The translations under genes and the position numbers were made by a program. The notes beneath the pieces are model-generated. The model saw nothing but the letters and a program-made list of their open reading frames with translations, did not search any database and was not told where the DNA came from. A stretch of 63,783 nt of DNA, filler included. It is 6 parts of 6 records of this genome, joined end to end, with 100 filler letters (N's around TTAATTAATTAA, not from the genome) between each part and the next. Parts side by side here need not be neighbours in the genome. Positions count along the whole stretch, not along the records: positions 14,090 to 21,687 come from SRR31156797_17846; positions 21,788 to 33,101 come from SRR31156797_17847; 4 more parts are not named here. One strand, written 5' to 3'. Positions 19,716-29,884 of this stretch are shown piece by piece (the stretch's first letter is position 1; each line of letters opens with the position of its first letter).

Positions 19716-20888
19716 ATGGAAAAAAATAAGATACTGGTCCTGATCCCCGTGTTCAACCACGGGGACACCCTGCGGCAGGCGGTCGAGGAAGCCCTTGACT
19801 CCCATACCGACGTGATGGTGGTGGATGACGGCAGTACGGACGGTTCCATGGACTTCATACGGGATCTCGACGTACGCCGTCTTTCACACTCGAAAAACCT
19901 GGGCAAGGGGGCCGCCATCCGGACCGGCGCAAAAGAGGCGCTTTCCCTGGGATATACCCACATCATTACCATGGATGCCGATCTTCAACACAGTCCCGGG
20001 GACATTCCCCTGTTCAAAATAAAGATCGAGTGCCACCCCCACGCCATCATCATCGGCAAGCGGAAATTCGACACCGGCAACGCTCCTGTTTTCACGGTAT
20101 TCGGACGAACCGTCTCCAATTTCTGCCTCAGGCTGGAAACGGGCTGCAAGCTTTCCGATGCCCGGAGCGGTTTCCGGGCCTATCCCCTTGACCTGTTTGA
20201 GTTTTTCGAGTTTAAGAAAAAACGCTACTCCTTTGAGGTGGAAGTTCTCGTCAAATCGGCCTGGGCGGGAATTCCCCTGAAAGAGGTGGATATCTCAGTT
20301 CCCTGTCAGCCAAAGGGTAAACGAAAATCCCATTTTAAATACCTGCGGGACAACCTGTCTTTCGTATTTCTCAATGCCGGGCTGACCCTGAGGTCGTTTC
20401 TGCCGTTCCCCCACAAGCAGTTCAACGAGGATGCAAGGCCCGAACGATTCTCGGTTTTAAGACCCGTCAGGTCGTTGAAACGGCTTGCCGGTTCCAACCT
20501 GTCCCCTGCCAGGACAGCCATGTCCGGCGCAGTGGGTGTTTTTCTGGGAACGCTTCCCCTCATCGGCTGCCACACCTTTGCCATCCTGATCGTGGCAGGG
20601 GGCTGCCGGCTCAACAAGCTGGTCGCCCTTGCAACAAGCCAGCTCTGTGTGATTCCCTTTATGCCGGGCTTGTGTATCGAAACCGGTCATTTCATGAGAC
20701 ACGGCTGTTTTCTAACCGATATTTCCGTGGAGACCCTGGGATATCAATGCCTGGACCGGCTGTTCGAATGGTTTATCGGCTCCCTTGTTCTTGCCCCGCC
20801 GGCGGGTCTCATTGTCGGCGGATTGATCTATCATGTATTAGCTTCAGGCCGGCATGAACAAAAGATTCGGGGCGTCGCCCCCCATTGA
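19716..20888 (+). CDS. Family 2 glycosyltransferase fused to a DUF2062-like membrane domain
   Basis: IPVFN, VDDGSTDGS, NLGKGAA, MDADLQH, SGFRAYP; hydrophobic C-terminus GVFLGTLPLIG. Confidence 0.85.
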   Translation: MEKNKILVLIPVFNHGDTLRQAVEEALDSHTDVMVVDDGSTDGSMDFIRDLDVRRLSHSKNLGKGAAIRTGAKEALSLGYTHIITMDADLQHSPGDIPLFKIKIECHPHAIIIGKRKFDTGNAPVFTVFGRTVSNFCLRLETGCKLSDARSGFRAYPLDLFEFFEFKKKRYSFEVEVLVKSAWAGIPLKEVDISVPCQPKGKRKSHFKYLRDNLSFVFLNAGLTLRSFLPFPHKQFNEDARPERFSVLRPVRSLKRLAGSNLSPARTAMSGAVGVFLGTLPLIGCHTFAILIVAGGCRLNKLVALATSQLCVIPFMPGLCIETGHFMRHGCFLTDISVETLGYQCLDRLFEWFIGSLVLAPPAGLIVGGLIYHVLASGRHEQKIRGVAPH

Positions 20889-20994
20889 ATAAAGAAAATC
20901 CCGGAATCAACTCCCACATGGACAGGGCCTTGTGCCGGGAAATAGTTTATTCTCGATGGCGTCAATTAACTTCAATGAAAGGAATTTAAAATCC

Positions 20995-21687
20995 ATGAAC
21001 CCATCATCAAAGCAGACAGCCCTGGTAACAGGTGCCAGCCGGGGCATAGGACGCTGCGTTGCATTGGATCTTGCCGCCACCGGCAGGCATGTCTATATCA
21101 ACTATGTCAAGAACGAGGCGGCTGCCCGGGAAACCCTGTCAGCCATGGAAGAAGCCGGGGGAAGCGGTGAGATCATCTGTTTTGATGTTGCCGATCAGGC
21201 CCAGGCCGAGGCCGGAATAAAGGCCATCCTCGACAAACACGAAAAAATAGAAATCCTGGTCAACAATGCCGGCATCACCGATGACATGCTCATGGTGCGG
21301 ATGAAGCCGGAGAAGTGGCACCGGGTCCTGGATACGAACCTCACGGGTTTTTACAATGTCACCCGCTTTGTGGTGAAAAACATGATCCGGAAGCAGTTTG
21401 GCAGGATCGTTAACATCACCTCCGCATCGGGTCAGACGGGCCAGGCCGGCCAGGTCAACTATTCCGCCGCCAAGGCGGGGCTGATCGGCGCCACAAAGGC
21501 CCTCTCCAGGGAGGTATCATCGAGGAACATCACCGTCAACGCGGTTTCTCCCGGTTTCATCGAGACCGAGATGACCGAAAAGCTGCCCCTGGAAGCGATC
21601 GTTGAAACCATTCCAATGAAACGGGCAGGCACTCCCCGGGAAGTGGCCGCAGCCGTAACCTTCCTTTGTTCCGACCAGGCCTCCTAC
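20995..21687 (+). CDS. fabG: 3-oxoacyl-ACP reductase (truncated at the contig end)
   Basis: TGASRGIG, VNNAG, YSAAK, VNAVSPGFIET. Confidence 0.9.
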
Positions 21688-21787
21688 NNNNNNNNNNNNN
21701 NNNNNNNNNNNNNNNNNNNNNNNNNNNNNNNTTAATTAATTAANNNNNNNNNNNNNNNNNNNNNNNNNNNNNNNNNNNNNNNNNNNN
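21688..21787. other. Artificial contig spacer
   Basis: N44-TTAATTAATTAA-N44. Confidence 0.99.
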
Positions 21788-21847
21788 GACTTGTAAAGAG
21801 AGCAGCATGATGGGGAGGATACTAAAAAGAGCGTAGCGCTTACTCAT
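21788..21847 (-). CDS. 5' fragment of an exported protein (signal peptide only)
   Basis: ATG at 21847 reads MSKRYALFSILPIMLLSLQV into the gap; AAGGA upstream. Confidence 0.45.
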
Positions 21848-22037
21848 GAATGAGTCCTTGCGGAAGTGATATGAAAATACCTAACAGGGATAAAAGGCAT
21901 GTTCCCCCAAAAATGGATGAGGTCTTTCAGTGGCTTGGATTAAGCCATGGGCAATCCCGGAGAGTTAATTCGAGAAAACAAAGACGCGTCCGATATAGAA
22001 AAAATAAAATGCGTACAGGCCTTTGTTCCCGGCCCTT

Positions 22038-22337
22038 CTAAAACCGGGAAAAATGTCGGAACAACTTCCCGCCGGTCTTCTTCACAGCCTCGGGGGCATC
22101 GTAAAAGATCATGACCTGCTTGTAAGGGGAAGCTTTTCGCAACTTGATGATATGGTCCTTGATGTTGGTTGAGTCAAAGCCCAGAACATGAGACATCTTC
22201 TTCGACTTATCGTTGAAGCTGTACGCCAGGTAGCATCCCGGTTCGTCGTTGATATCCGATTCAGATATATCGCTGATGGTTAAGTGCTGATCAGGTTCAG
22301 GCTGACATTTGAAAAACTTTTGAAGATAATCCATCAA
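22038..22337 (-). CDS. Small hypothetical protein
   Basis: 99-aa ORF with an AT-rich promoter-like region upstream. Confidence 0.55.
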   Translation of the reverse strand: MMDYLQKFFKCQPEPDQHLTISDISESDINDEPGCYLAYSFNDKSKKMSHVLGFDSTNIKDHIIKLRKASPYKQVMIFYDAPEAVKKTGGKLFRHFSRF

Positions 22338-22531
22338 ACTAAATTAAACGCTAACTTATCAATAGTCAAGAAAATAAATATCTGTTTAATCCTTTTTCTT
22401 TTTATTATCAGATTTTAGTCCGGCCATCCCGTCCGGCGACACATCAAATCATCTTCTTCGGCAATTGATACTGGTTATCATTAATACCGATGCTCCCCTG
22501 TCAGGTTCCAGGGCAGGAAGAAAAATAGATT

Positions 22532-22559
22532 TTGACTAAGCCGGTAATCAGTCTATAAT
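22532..22559 (+). promoter_or_regulatory. Sigma70 promoter, probably producing a leaderless mRNA
   Basis: TTGACT-16nt-TATAAT, 6 nt before the ATG at 22566; no SD sequence. Confidence 0.6.
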
Positions 22560-22565
22560 AGCTCC

Positions 22566-23687
22566 ATGCCTGATCATGTGAAGGAAACTGAAAGACAAAA
22601 CAGATTCGTCCTCCTTGTCGTGGGAGCGGCGGTACTGGCCCTGTTCTGCCTGCTCCAGATCCTCAGGATCACCACGACCGAGACGGAAGCTCGGAACAGC
22701 GTCCCGCCTCATGAGATCAGGCTGTACCTGGCCCGCAACGACAGATTCATCAGAGAGATAGCCCCTCTTTTCGAGGAGCGCTTCGGCCTGACTGTCAAAC
22801 CTGTGGTCTGCGGTACTCCCGCAGCGGTAAGGAAAGTGATCGCAGAGTCTCCGAAATCCAAGGGGACAATCGATCTGCTTCTTCTGGATCAGGATGCAGC
22901 AGTTAAGCTGTCGGGGAGCAAGGACTGCCTGGAAATCGATCTTCTTGCAAGCGAAGCCGTGAAAACGGTGACATCCCCGGATATAGATCCCGCGTTTGTC
23001 CCCCTTTACATATCGCGGGTAGGGTTTCTCTATAATAAAACGATTCTTCCCGATCCTCCGTCCGGCTGGGAGGATTTCAATGCATTCATAGACGAAAATC
23101 CGGGAAAGTTCGGCTTCACCGCAGCCGATGGTCCGACTGGGTTCAGCCTCCTCTACGGAGTCCGTAACGCTCTCCTCAAAGAAGAAAAAGAGACTGGTAT
23201 CGGAACGCGAAACAGCCCTGCCAGAATGTATGCGACACTGGAATGGTTCAAAGAAAGAGATCGTCAGATAATCCGCGTCAACTCTGATTATGATGCCCAG
23301 AGGCTCTTCACCAGCGGCAAGCTGCATCTGGTTCCCGCTCTTGAGGCGGAGACCATGCGTTCCCACCGTGAGGGACGGCTTCCTGAGGAAACGGACATGT
23401 ATATTCCAGAGTTCGGGACCTTGCGCTTCAGGACAGGCCTGGTGATTCCCAGGAATTCCGCCAGAAAGGAGGAAGCTATCAAGCTGGTGGACTTTTTGCT
23501 TTCAGAAGAGATTCAGCGGAAGATGAGGGAATCCCTCCTTGTGGTGCCCGTACACCCCGCCCTCCATCCGCCGGATAAAGCATACCTTGGCCCGTATATG
23601 GATTCACCGTCCTATCTTCCCCCTCTCGATCCACTTGAAAAAAGAAGGATGATCGATCTCTTCAGAAAGAGGGTGCTTTATGACTGA
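22566..23687 (+). CDS. Membrane-anchored extracellular solute-binding protein (PotD/AfuA-like fold)
   Basis: N-terminal TM; FEERFGLTV, GFLYNK...PPSGWEDF, EAIKLVDFLLSEEIQ. Confidence 0.75.
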   Translation: MPDHVKETERQNRFVLLVVGAAVLALFCLLQILRITTTETEARNSVPPHEIRLYLARNDRFIREIAPLFEERFGLTVKPVVCGTPAAVRKVIAESPKSKGTIDLLLLDQDAAVKLSGSKDCLEIDLLASEAVKTVTSPDIDPAFVPLYISRVGFLYNKTILPDPPSGWEDFNAFIDENPGKFGFTAADGPTGFSLLYGVRNALLKEEKETGIGTRNSPARMYATLEWFKERDRQIIRVNSDYDAQRLFTSGKLHLVPALEAETMRSHREGRLPEETDMYIPEFGTLRFRTGLVIPRNSARKEEAIKLVDFLLSEEIQRKMRESLLVVPVHPALHPPDKAYLGPYMDSPSYLPPLDPLEKRRMIDLFRKRVLYD

Positions 23688-23693
23688 TCCCAT

Positions 23694-25229
23694 TCAGGAG
23701 GAGCTTCCCCTGTCACGATATGCCTGGGGACTTAAGCCGTCCCGGCTCTTGAAAACCCTGGTGAAATAACCGGAATTATCGTAGCCCACCCGGCGGGCCA
23801 CCTCCCCTATCTTGAGCGAGGAAAAGGACAGCAGGTGCTTTGCCTGTTCCATGCGGAAGGCGGTGGCGTATTCCCAGATCCGGTCGCCCGTGCTCTCCTT
23901 GAAAACACGGCACAGGTAGTTCTTGCTGCGTCCCACATCCTCGGCCAGTTCCTCCAGGGTAAAGGTACGCTGATAATTCTCGCTGATATACTCCTTTATT
24001 CTGCGGATCAGCTGGGAGGAGTCTCCTCCCAGGGGATGAACCGGCATCTCCACCATCTGGGCGACCAGCTCTTTCAGAAAAGCTCCCAGCTCTTCCAGAT
24101 CGCGAAAGGAGCTGATCTGTTCCCCATTGACCTCCCTGATTACGGGGGGAACCATCAGAGACATATCCCCTGCCTTCAGACTGTTCTTCAGGAGGGTCAG
24201 GAAGGTGGCGATAAACAGGAAGAGAGATTCCAGCCGGGGACCGTAGGCCTCCTCCATCCTCTCGAGGAGAGAGCCGATGCAGGCCGTTCCCGCGGTCGCG
24301 CCCCCCCGGCGCACCTCTTCCAGCAGCCGATCCCGCTCACGGTCCACATCCAGGCTGTCCTGAATATCCCTGTATCGCTTCTTATACAATAAGAAGCGGT
24401 TCTGACGGCTATAAAAATTCATACTGCCCAGGATTTTCAACTCGCCGTAAGCCTCTACCAGTTCCCCGAGCCCGCTGTGGTCTCCACTGACCCCGATGAA
24501 CAGCCGCCCCTCCAGGCGCTCTTCCAGGACGCGCAACAGGTTTCCGATCAGCGCGTTGCCGGCACTCTGTTCTGTGACCAGAATACGGCGTCCCGGCGCC
24601 TGGGAGAGAAGGAAACAGCTTTCTCCCGTCAGCTCCTCCCAGGCGCCACGGATAATGCGCCCGTCCTGGGCGCCCTCCCGGGCGATCAGGATCAGGAGCA
24701 TCTGAAAGCGACCCAGCTCCAGAGAGCTGTCCAGCAGCTCCATGCGGGCCGCCAACTCCTCCTCGCTCCGACGCTCCAGGATGATATCCTTAAGAAGAGA
24801 CTCCCGGGTGATCTTCCTCCTCCCTTCCCGGACCAGATTCTCACGGCTCTCCTCCTCCCGTTCGCCCCTGATTTTATCAAGGGTTTCGACCAGCTTACCC
24901 TCGTCGATGGGCTTGAGAAGATAGCCTGAGATACCGAATCCGAAGGAGCGGCGGGCGTACTCAAAATCCGAAAAGGCGCTCAAGACCACGATCTTCAGCG
25001 TTTTGTCTTCCCGGCGCACCCTCTCTATAAGACCGAGGCCGTCCAGCTCGGGCATCCTGATATCGGTAATGAGAAGATCCCAGCTCCCCTCCCCAAGGTA
25101 TTCGAGGGCTTCGGTTCCGTTGCGGGCGCGGCCTTCGACCCTATAGCCCAGGCTTTCCCAGTCTATGATCTTTTCAAGATAGCGGAGGGTCAACTCTTCG
25201 TCGTCGACCAGCAGAACACGCATAGCCAT
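23694..25229 (-). CDS. YesN-type response regulator (receiver plus AraC HTH)
   Basis: VLLVDDE, ITDIRMP, YLLKP; C-terminal YLCRVFK...VGYDNSGYFTRVFK. Confidence 0.92.
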   Translation of the reverse strand: MAMRVLLVDDEELTLRYLEKIIDWESLGYRVEGRARNGTEALEYLGEGSWDLLITDIRMPELDGLGLIERVRREDKTLKIVVLSAFSDFEYARRSFGFGISGYLLKPIDEGKLVETLDKIRGEREEESRENLVREGRRKITRESLLKDIILERRSEEELAARMELLDSSLELGRFQMLLILIAREGAQDGRIIRGAWEELTGESCFLLSQAPGRRILVTEQSAGNALIGNLLRVLEERLEGRLFIGVSGDHSGLGELVEAYGELKILGSMNFYSRQNRFLLYKKRYRDIQDSLDVDRERDRLLEEVRRGGATAGTACIGSLLERMEEAYGPRLESLFLFIATFLTLLKNSLKAGDMSLMVPPVIREVNGEQISSFRDLEELGAFLKELVAQMVEMPVHPLGGDSSQLIRRIKEYISENYQRTFTLEELAEDVGRSKNYLCRVFKESTGDRIWEYATAFRMEQAKHLLSFSSLKIGEVARRVGYDNSGYFTRVFKSRDGLSPQAYRDRGSSS

Positions 25230-26944
25230 TACCATGTCTCCTCTAGAGGGTCGGACCCCGGTATAGGGTCAGGCCCCCTTGATAAACTTTTCCGCGGCAG
25301 AGTCAGAATGATTCGGCATCCCCGGCCCTCATCCGAATTGATCTTCATCCTGTAATCGGGGCCGAATTTCAGAAACATCCTCTCTGCCACATTCTTCAGA
25401 CCGATCTGACTCTCCCCCTGGGCGCTTCGATGATCCAGGGCCGCCTGAAGCTCTTCCAGCCTTCCGTACCCAATTCCCCTGCCGTTATCAGACAGCGCCA
25501 GCACCGTCGCTCCCAGTTCAGAGTAGGCGGAAAGGGAGATTTCCAGGATCCTGTCAGGAACCAGAGCGTGAAGCAGGGAATTCTCAACCAGTGGCTGCAA
25601 CAGCAGTTTGAGAATAGGGGTCTGGCTCAGGGAATCGGGAATCTCGGCATGGAAACGGAAGGCTCCGGGAAAGCGGAGTTCCTGTATTTTCAGGTAATTC
25701 TCGACCATCTCCAGCTCCTTCTCCAGAGGAACCAGCTCCCAGGGCGAGTAAAGCCCGAAGCGGAGGAGCTCTCCCAGCCTGCCGGTGATATCCCGGATGT
25801 CAGCGCCCCGGTCGTCAATGGTCAGGGACTTGATGGTCTGCAGGGTATTGAACAGGAAATGGGGATTCACCTGCTCCTGGAGGGCCATCAGCTGGGCCTC
25901 CCGGATCCGCTCCTGAAACACCAGGATCCGCCTGACCATATTATCGATGCTCCGGCCCAGCTCTCCCAGTTCCAGGGCCCCTTCCTCTTCCTCGAGGGTA
26001 AGAGAGTAGTTCCCCTTGCCGATCTCCCCCATCCTGTAGGCCATGATTTCAACGGGACGTGAGATGGCGCGGGAGATGCGGCTGGCAAAGTAAAGGGCCG
26101 CGGTCAGGGCGGCGATGATGCCCAGAGAGAAGAGATAGAGGGCTATCTCGAGATCCTTCCATATGGCCTCCCGGGGCAGATGCATGGCCACCCGCCAACC
26201 GCTGAGCTCCGAAAGGCTGTGAACCGTCAACCGCCGGGACGCATCGCTGTCGAAATCGGGGGTATCGGGAAAGAGGCTTTCCCCCGAAGCGGTATAGATA
26301 GCCAAAGTGGAGTCTTTGATACGGGAGAGCCCAGCGGAAATATTCTGTAATTCGCTTATATTGATATTGCAAAGCAGAGCCGCTCCCCCGCTGAGCAGAT
26401 CCTCATTCTCCTCTCCCCCCAGAGAGAGGACGAAGGACACGACCTCCCGGTCGCCCCCTCCCTCGACATAGTACCCCTCCCCGTGGGGATCGAGGAACAG
26501 GGCCTTTCCCAGGGTGCTGGCCTTGGAATAGAACCAGGGCTGCTGATAGAAGTTGTACCACTGGGTAACGGGACCGCCCGTGCTGACCACCGCGTATCCC
26601 GCCTTGTTCAGGAGGATAATATCCTTTACCTCAGGATGGTCGATAATGAGATTCTGAAGGAAATCCACCGCCCTCCAGGCATAACCCGTTTTGGCGCGCA
26701 CAGACACCGAGCGGATCAGGTCGTTCTCGGAGGCAACGTTCATAAGGTCCAGGATCCTCAGAAAATAGAGGTCCAGCTCCCGCTGCATGACAGAGACGAT
26801 TTCCTGGTTGTATTCCACGCTGTCCCGTGTCAGAACCCGGGACATGTAAAGGGTCAGAGCGCTGCCGACAAACAGAATGGAGAGAAATATCAGAAGGGAA
26901 AACCGGTTCTGTATCTGTCTTTTAAGAGAAACCCGGTCGGTCAT
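25229..26944 (-). CDS. YesM-type sensor histidine kinase (Cache, HAMP, His_kinase)
   Basis: QVNPHFLFNTL, LLQPLVENSLLH, DNGRG, IGLKNV. Confidence 0.92.
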   Translation of the reverse strand: MTDRVSLKRQIQNRFSLLIFLSILFVGSALTLYMSRVLTRDSVEYNQEIVSVMQRELDLYFLRILDLMNVASENDLIRSVSVRAKTGYAWRAVDFLQNLIIDHPEVKDIILLNKAGYAVVSTGGPVTQWYNFYQQPWFYSKASTLGKALFLDPHGEGYYVEGGGDREVVSFVLSLGGEENEDLLSGGAALLCNINISELQNISAGLSRIKDSTLAIYTASGESLFPDTPDFDSDASRRLTVHSLSELSGWRVAMHLPREAIWKDLEIALYLFSLGIIAALTAALYFASRISRAISRPVEIMAYRMGEIGKGNYSLTLEEEEGALELGELGRSIDNMVRRILVFQERIREAQLMALQEQVNPHFLFNTLQTIKSLTIDDRGADIRDITGRLGELLRFGLYSPWELVPLEKELEMVENYLKIQELRFPGAFRFHAEIPDSLSQTPILKLLLQPLVENSLLHALVPDRILEISLSAYSELGATVLALSDNGRGIGYGRLEELQAALDHRSAQGESQIGLKNVAERMFLKFGPDYRMKINSDEGRGCRIILTLPRKSLSRGPDPIPGSDPLEETW

Positions 26945-27105
26945 AGCAGCCACTATATCACGGAAATATGAAAAATATTATCCTTTCCCCGCACTATGTT
27001 ATCGGCATGAAAAAAAAGGCCTTCCCGGGCTTGTTTTTATTTTTGACAGCTCGCGAATTCCGGCCTTACCATGATTTTATCAATATTTTAAAGGAGAAAT
27101 GTTTT

Positions 27106-28128
27106 ATGAAAAGAGCATTAGGAATGCTGCTGACCGGACTTCTCGTCCTCTCCATGCCCCTCTTTGCAAACGGAGAGCAGGAGACCGAAGGTAAGAAAGA
27201 GTACAAGACTCTTCACGTGTACACAGCCTTCGACACAGAGGAATCCCAGATGTATATCGAGGCCTTCGAGAAAGCCACCGGCATAGACGTCGAGTGGGTT
27301 CGCATGAGCGCCGGAGAGCTGCTGGCCCGTGTGGAGGCCGAGTCTTCCAATCCCCAGGCCAGCGTCTGGTTCGCAGGTCCCAATACATCTCATATCGCCG
27401 CGAGCACAAAGGGACTCCTCGAGCCTTACAAGCCCAATGTAGGCTACGAACTGGCATCCAACTTCCACGCTGACGACTATAGCTGGAACGGATTCTACAC
27501 CGGCGCCATCGGTTTCGCCTCCAATAAGGATTTCCTGGAGAAGAACGGACTGGCCCCCCCTTCCTCCTGGGAGGATCTGCTGAAGCCCGAATACGCCGCC
27601 TCCGTTGAGATGGCCTATCCCTACACCTCCGGCACCGCCTATACGACATGGGCCGCCCGCATCCAGATGCTCGGCATGGACGAAGCGCTGAACTGGTGGG
27701 AAAAATTCGACAAGAGCATCCACCAGTACACCAAGTCCGGAACCGCCTGTATCGCCAGAGCCGGTCTGGGCGAGTGCGGCGTAGGGATCGCCTTCTCCCA
27801 CGACATCATGGCCAAGGGAGTCGCCAAGGGCTACCCCGTCGTTCTCTCCTTCCCCAAAGAGGGAACCGGATACGAGGTGGGCGGCATGTCCATCATCAAG
27901 GGTGCCAAGGAAATGGAAGAGGCTAAGATCTTCGTCGACTGGTGGTACACGACAGAGGCCCAGAACCTTTTTCAGGAGTACTTCCGCCTGCCCGTAAATC
28001 CCGAAGCAACCATTGCCGAAGGTGCCATCCCCCTCAGCGAAATCACCCTTATAGACTACGATGCTCTTTCCGCAGGAAAGAACAAAGAAGCCAACGTCAC
28101 CGCCTGGCGGGACAGAATCGGGAAGTAA
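27106..28128 (+). CDS. ABC transporter substrate-binding protein (AfuA/FbpA family)
   Basis: Spirochaete-style leader ...LFANGEQE; FEKATGIDV, PSSWEDLLKP, YTSGTAY, PKEGTGYE; AAGGAG RBS. Confidence 0.88.
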   Translation: MKRALGMLLTGLLVLSMPLFANGEQETEGKKEYKTLHVYTAFDTEESQMYIEAFEKATGIDVEWVRMSAGELLARVEAESSNPQASVWFAGPNTSHIAASTKGLLEPYKPNVGYELASNFHADDYSWNGFYTGAIGFASNKDFLEKNGLAPPSSWEDLLKPEYAASVEMAYPYTSGTAYTTWAARIQMLGMDEALNWWEKFDKSIHQYTKSGTACIARAGLGECGVGIAFSHDIMAKGVAKGYPVVLSFPKEGTGYEVGGMSIIKGAKEMEEAKIFVDWWYTTEAQNLFQEYFRLPVNPEATIAEGAIPLSEITLIDYDALSAGKNKEANVTAWRDRIGK

Positions 28129-28149
28129 TCCCCGCTGTTTAACCTAAGG

Positions 28150-28173
28150 GGAGGGCCGGAGTTCCGGCCCTCC
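28150..28173 (+). terminator. Intercistronic hairpin after the SBP gene (mRNA stabiliser or attenuator)
   Basis: GGAGGGCCGGA/TCCGGCCCTCC inverted repeat without a U-tract. Confidence 0.5.
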
Positions 28174-28202
28174 TCACTCCTCCCAAAATTTCGAGGTTCA
28201 CT

Positions 28203-29873
28203 GTGAAAGCATATATCACCAACATGAAGAAGTTGGTCCGGGAGCCCGTGCTGCTGCTGGCCATCCTGGTACTTTTCTATTTTCTCATCAGCTTCGTTGT
28301 CTTTCCCCTCTTCAGGGTCTTCCAGACCAGTCTCTCCTATGACGGGAGATTCGGATTCGGGAACTACATCGAAGTCCTTAAGCAGAGTTATTACATTCAG
28401 CCCCTGCTGAACTCTCTCCTTCTGGGAACAATCACCGCGACTATCGGGACCTTCATAGGCTTTGTCTTCGCCTATGCCATTACCCGGACGCCCATGCGGT
28501 TTAAAGGAATATTCCGCTACATCATCACCCTGCCCATCGTATCGCCTCCCTTCGTAGTAGCCCTGGCGACGATTCTCCTTTTCGGGAAATCAGGGATCTT
28601 CGCCGGAGCGATCGGTAACATATACGGCCTGAAGGGCCTTGTGCTGGTCGAGGTGGTGGCCTATACCCCCACCGCGTTCCTCTCCCTTGTGGGAGTCCTC
28701 AGAGCCATCGACCCGGCCCTTGAAGAGGCGGGATTCGACCTGGGAAGCTCCAGACTGAAGGTATTGAGGACCATAACCCTTCCCCTGGCGACCCCGGGCA
28801 TCCTCAGCGCCTGGCTCCTGGTGTTCATCCAGTCCATCGCCGACTTCGGAAACCCCATGGTCCTCTCCGGAGACTTCTCGGTCCTCTCGGTCCAGGCCTA
28901 CCTGCAGATCACCGGCATGTACGATCTTGCCCGGGGCGCCACCCTGGCGATCCTGCTCCTGATGCCCACCGTGGCGGCCTTCTACCTGCAGAAATACCTG
29001 CTGTCCAAGAAATCCTACGTCACCGTCACAGGAAAACCGACCTCTGCGACCATAAAAAACCTGGAATGGTATATAAAGGCGCCCGTGTACTCCATCGCCG
29101 CCGCCTTCGCCGGTCTGGTTCTCCTCCTCTACGGAATGGTCGTATGGGGCTCCTTCCAGAAGCTCTGGGGCGTCGACGCCTCCTTCACCCTCAACAACTA
29201 TGTCCAGATGTGGAAGGTGGGCAAAGGGTATATCTTCGACTCCATCGTCCTGGCGTCCATAGCCACCCCCATCGCGGGCATTATGGGTATGTTCATCGCC
29301 TATCTGACCACCAGAAAAGAGTTTCCCGGCAGAAGGGCCCTGGAGTTCTCCTCCATGCTGACCTTCGCCGTACCGGGAACCGTAGTCGGTATCGGTTACA
29401 TCCTGGCCTTCAACAACACGAGCGCCCTGATGCCCATCAGCCTTACCGGAACGGGCGCGATCATCGTCATCCTGCTCATCTTCCGTAACATGCCCGTAGG
29501 TATCCAGAACGGCGTGGCGGCGCTGCAGCAGATCGATCCCTCCATAGAAGAGGCGTCCATCGACCTGGGGGCGGACAGCCACAAAACCTTCCGGAAGATC
29601 ACCCTTCCCATGATCGCCCCTGCCTTCTTCTCCGGTCTGGTCTACTGCTTCGTCCGCTCCATGACCGCCATCAGCGCGATCATCTTCGTGGTATCGGGTA
29701 AGTGGAACCTTATCACCGTAGCCATCCTGGGCTTCGTAGATAACAGCCAGTACGCCCAGGCGGCGGCCATGAGCCTCCTCCTGATCGTGATCGTCCTGCT
29801 CGCCCTGGGGGGCATCAAGGCTATAACCGACCGCCTCGGACGGGGAATGGCCGCTGAAATCATCGAGAATTAA
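28203..29873 (+). CDS. ABC permease with two fused TM modules (AfuB/FbpB family)
   Basis: Two EAA loops (LEEAGFDLGS, IEEASIDLGA). Confidence 0.92.
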   Translation: MKAYITNMKKLVREPVLLLAILVLFYFLISFVVFPLFRVFQTSLSYDGRFGFGNYIEVLKQSYYIQPLLNSLLLGTITATIGTFIGFVFAYAITRTPMRFKGIFRYIITLPIVSPPFVVALATILLFGKSGIFAGAIGNIYGLKGLVLVEVVAYTPTAFLSLVGVLRAIDPALEEAGFDLGSSRLKVLRTITLPLATPGILSAWLLVFIQSIADFGNPMVLSGDFSVLSVQAYLQITGMYDLARGATLAILLLMPTVAAFYLQKYLLSKKSYVTVTGKPTSATIKNLEWYIKAPVYSIAAAFAGLVLLLYGMVVWGSFQKLWGVDASFTLNNYVQMWKVGKGYIFDSIVLASIATPIAGIMGMFIAYLTTRKEFPGRRALEFSSMLTFAVPGTVVGIGYILAFNNTSALMPISLTGTGAIIVILLIFRNMPVGIQNGVAALQQIDPSIEEASIDLGADSHKTFRKITLPMIAPAFFSGLVYCFVRSMTAISAIIFVVSGKWNLITVAILGFVDNSQYAQAAAMSLLLIVIVLLALGGIKAITDRLGRGMAAEIIEN

Positions 29874-29884
29874 GGAATAGAAAC

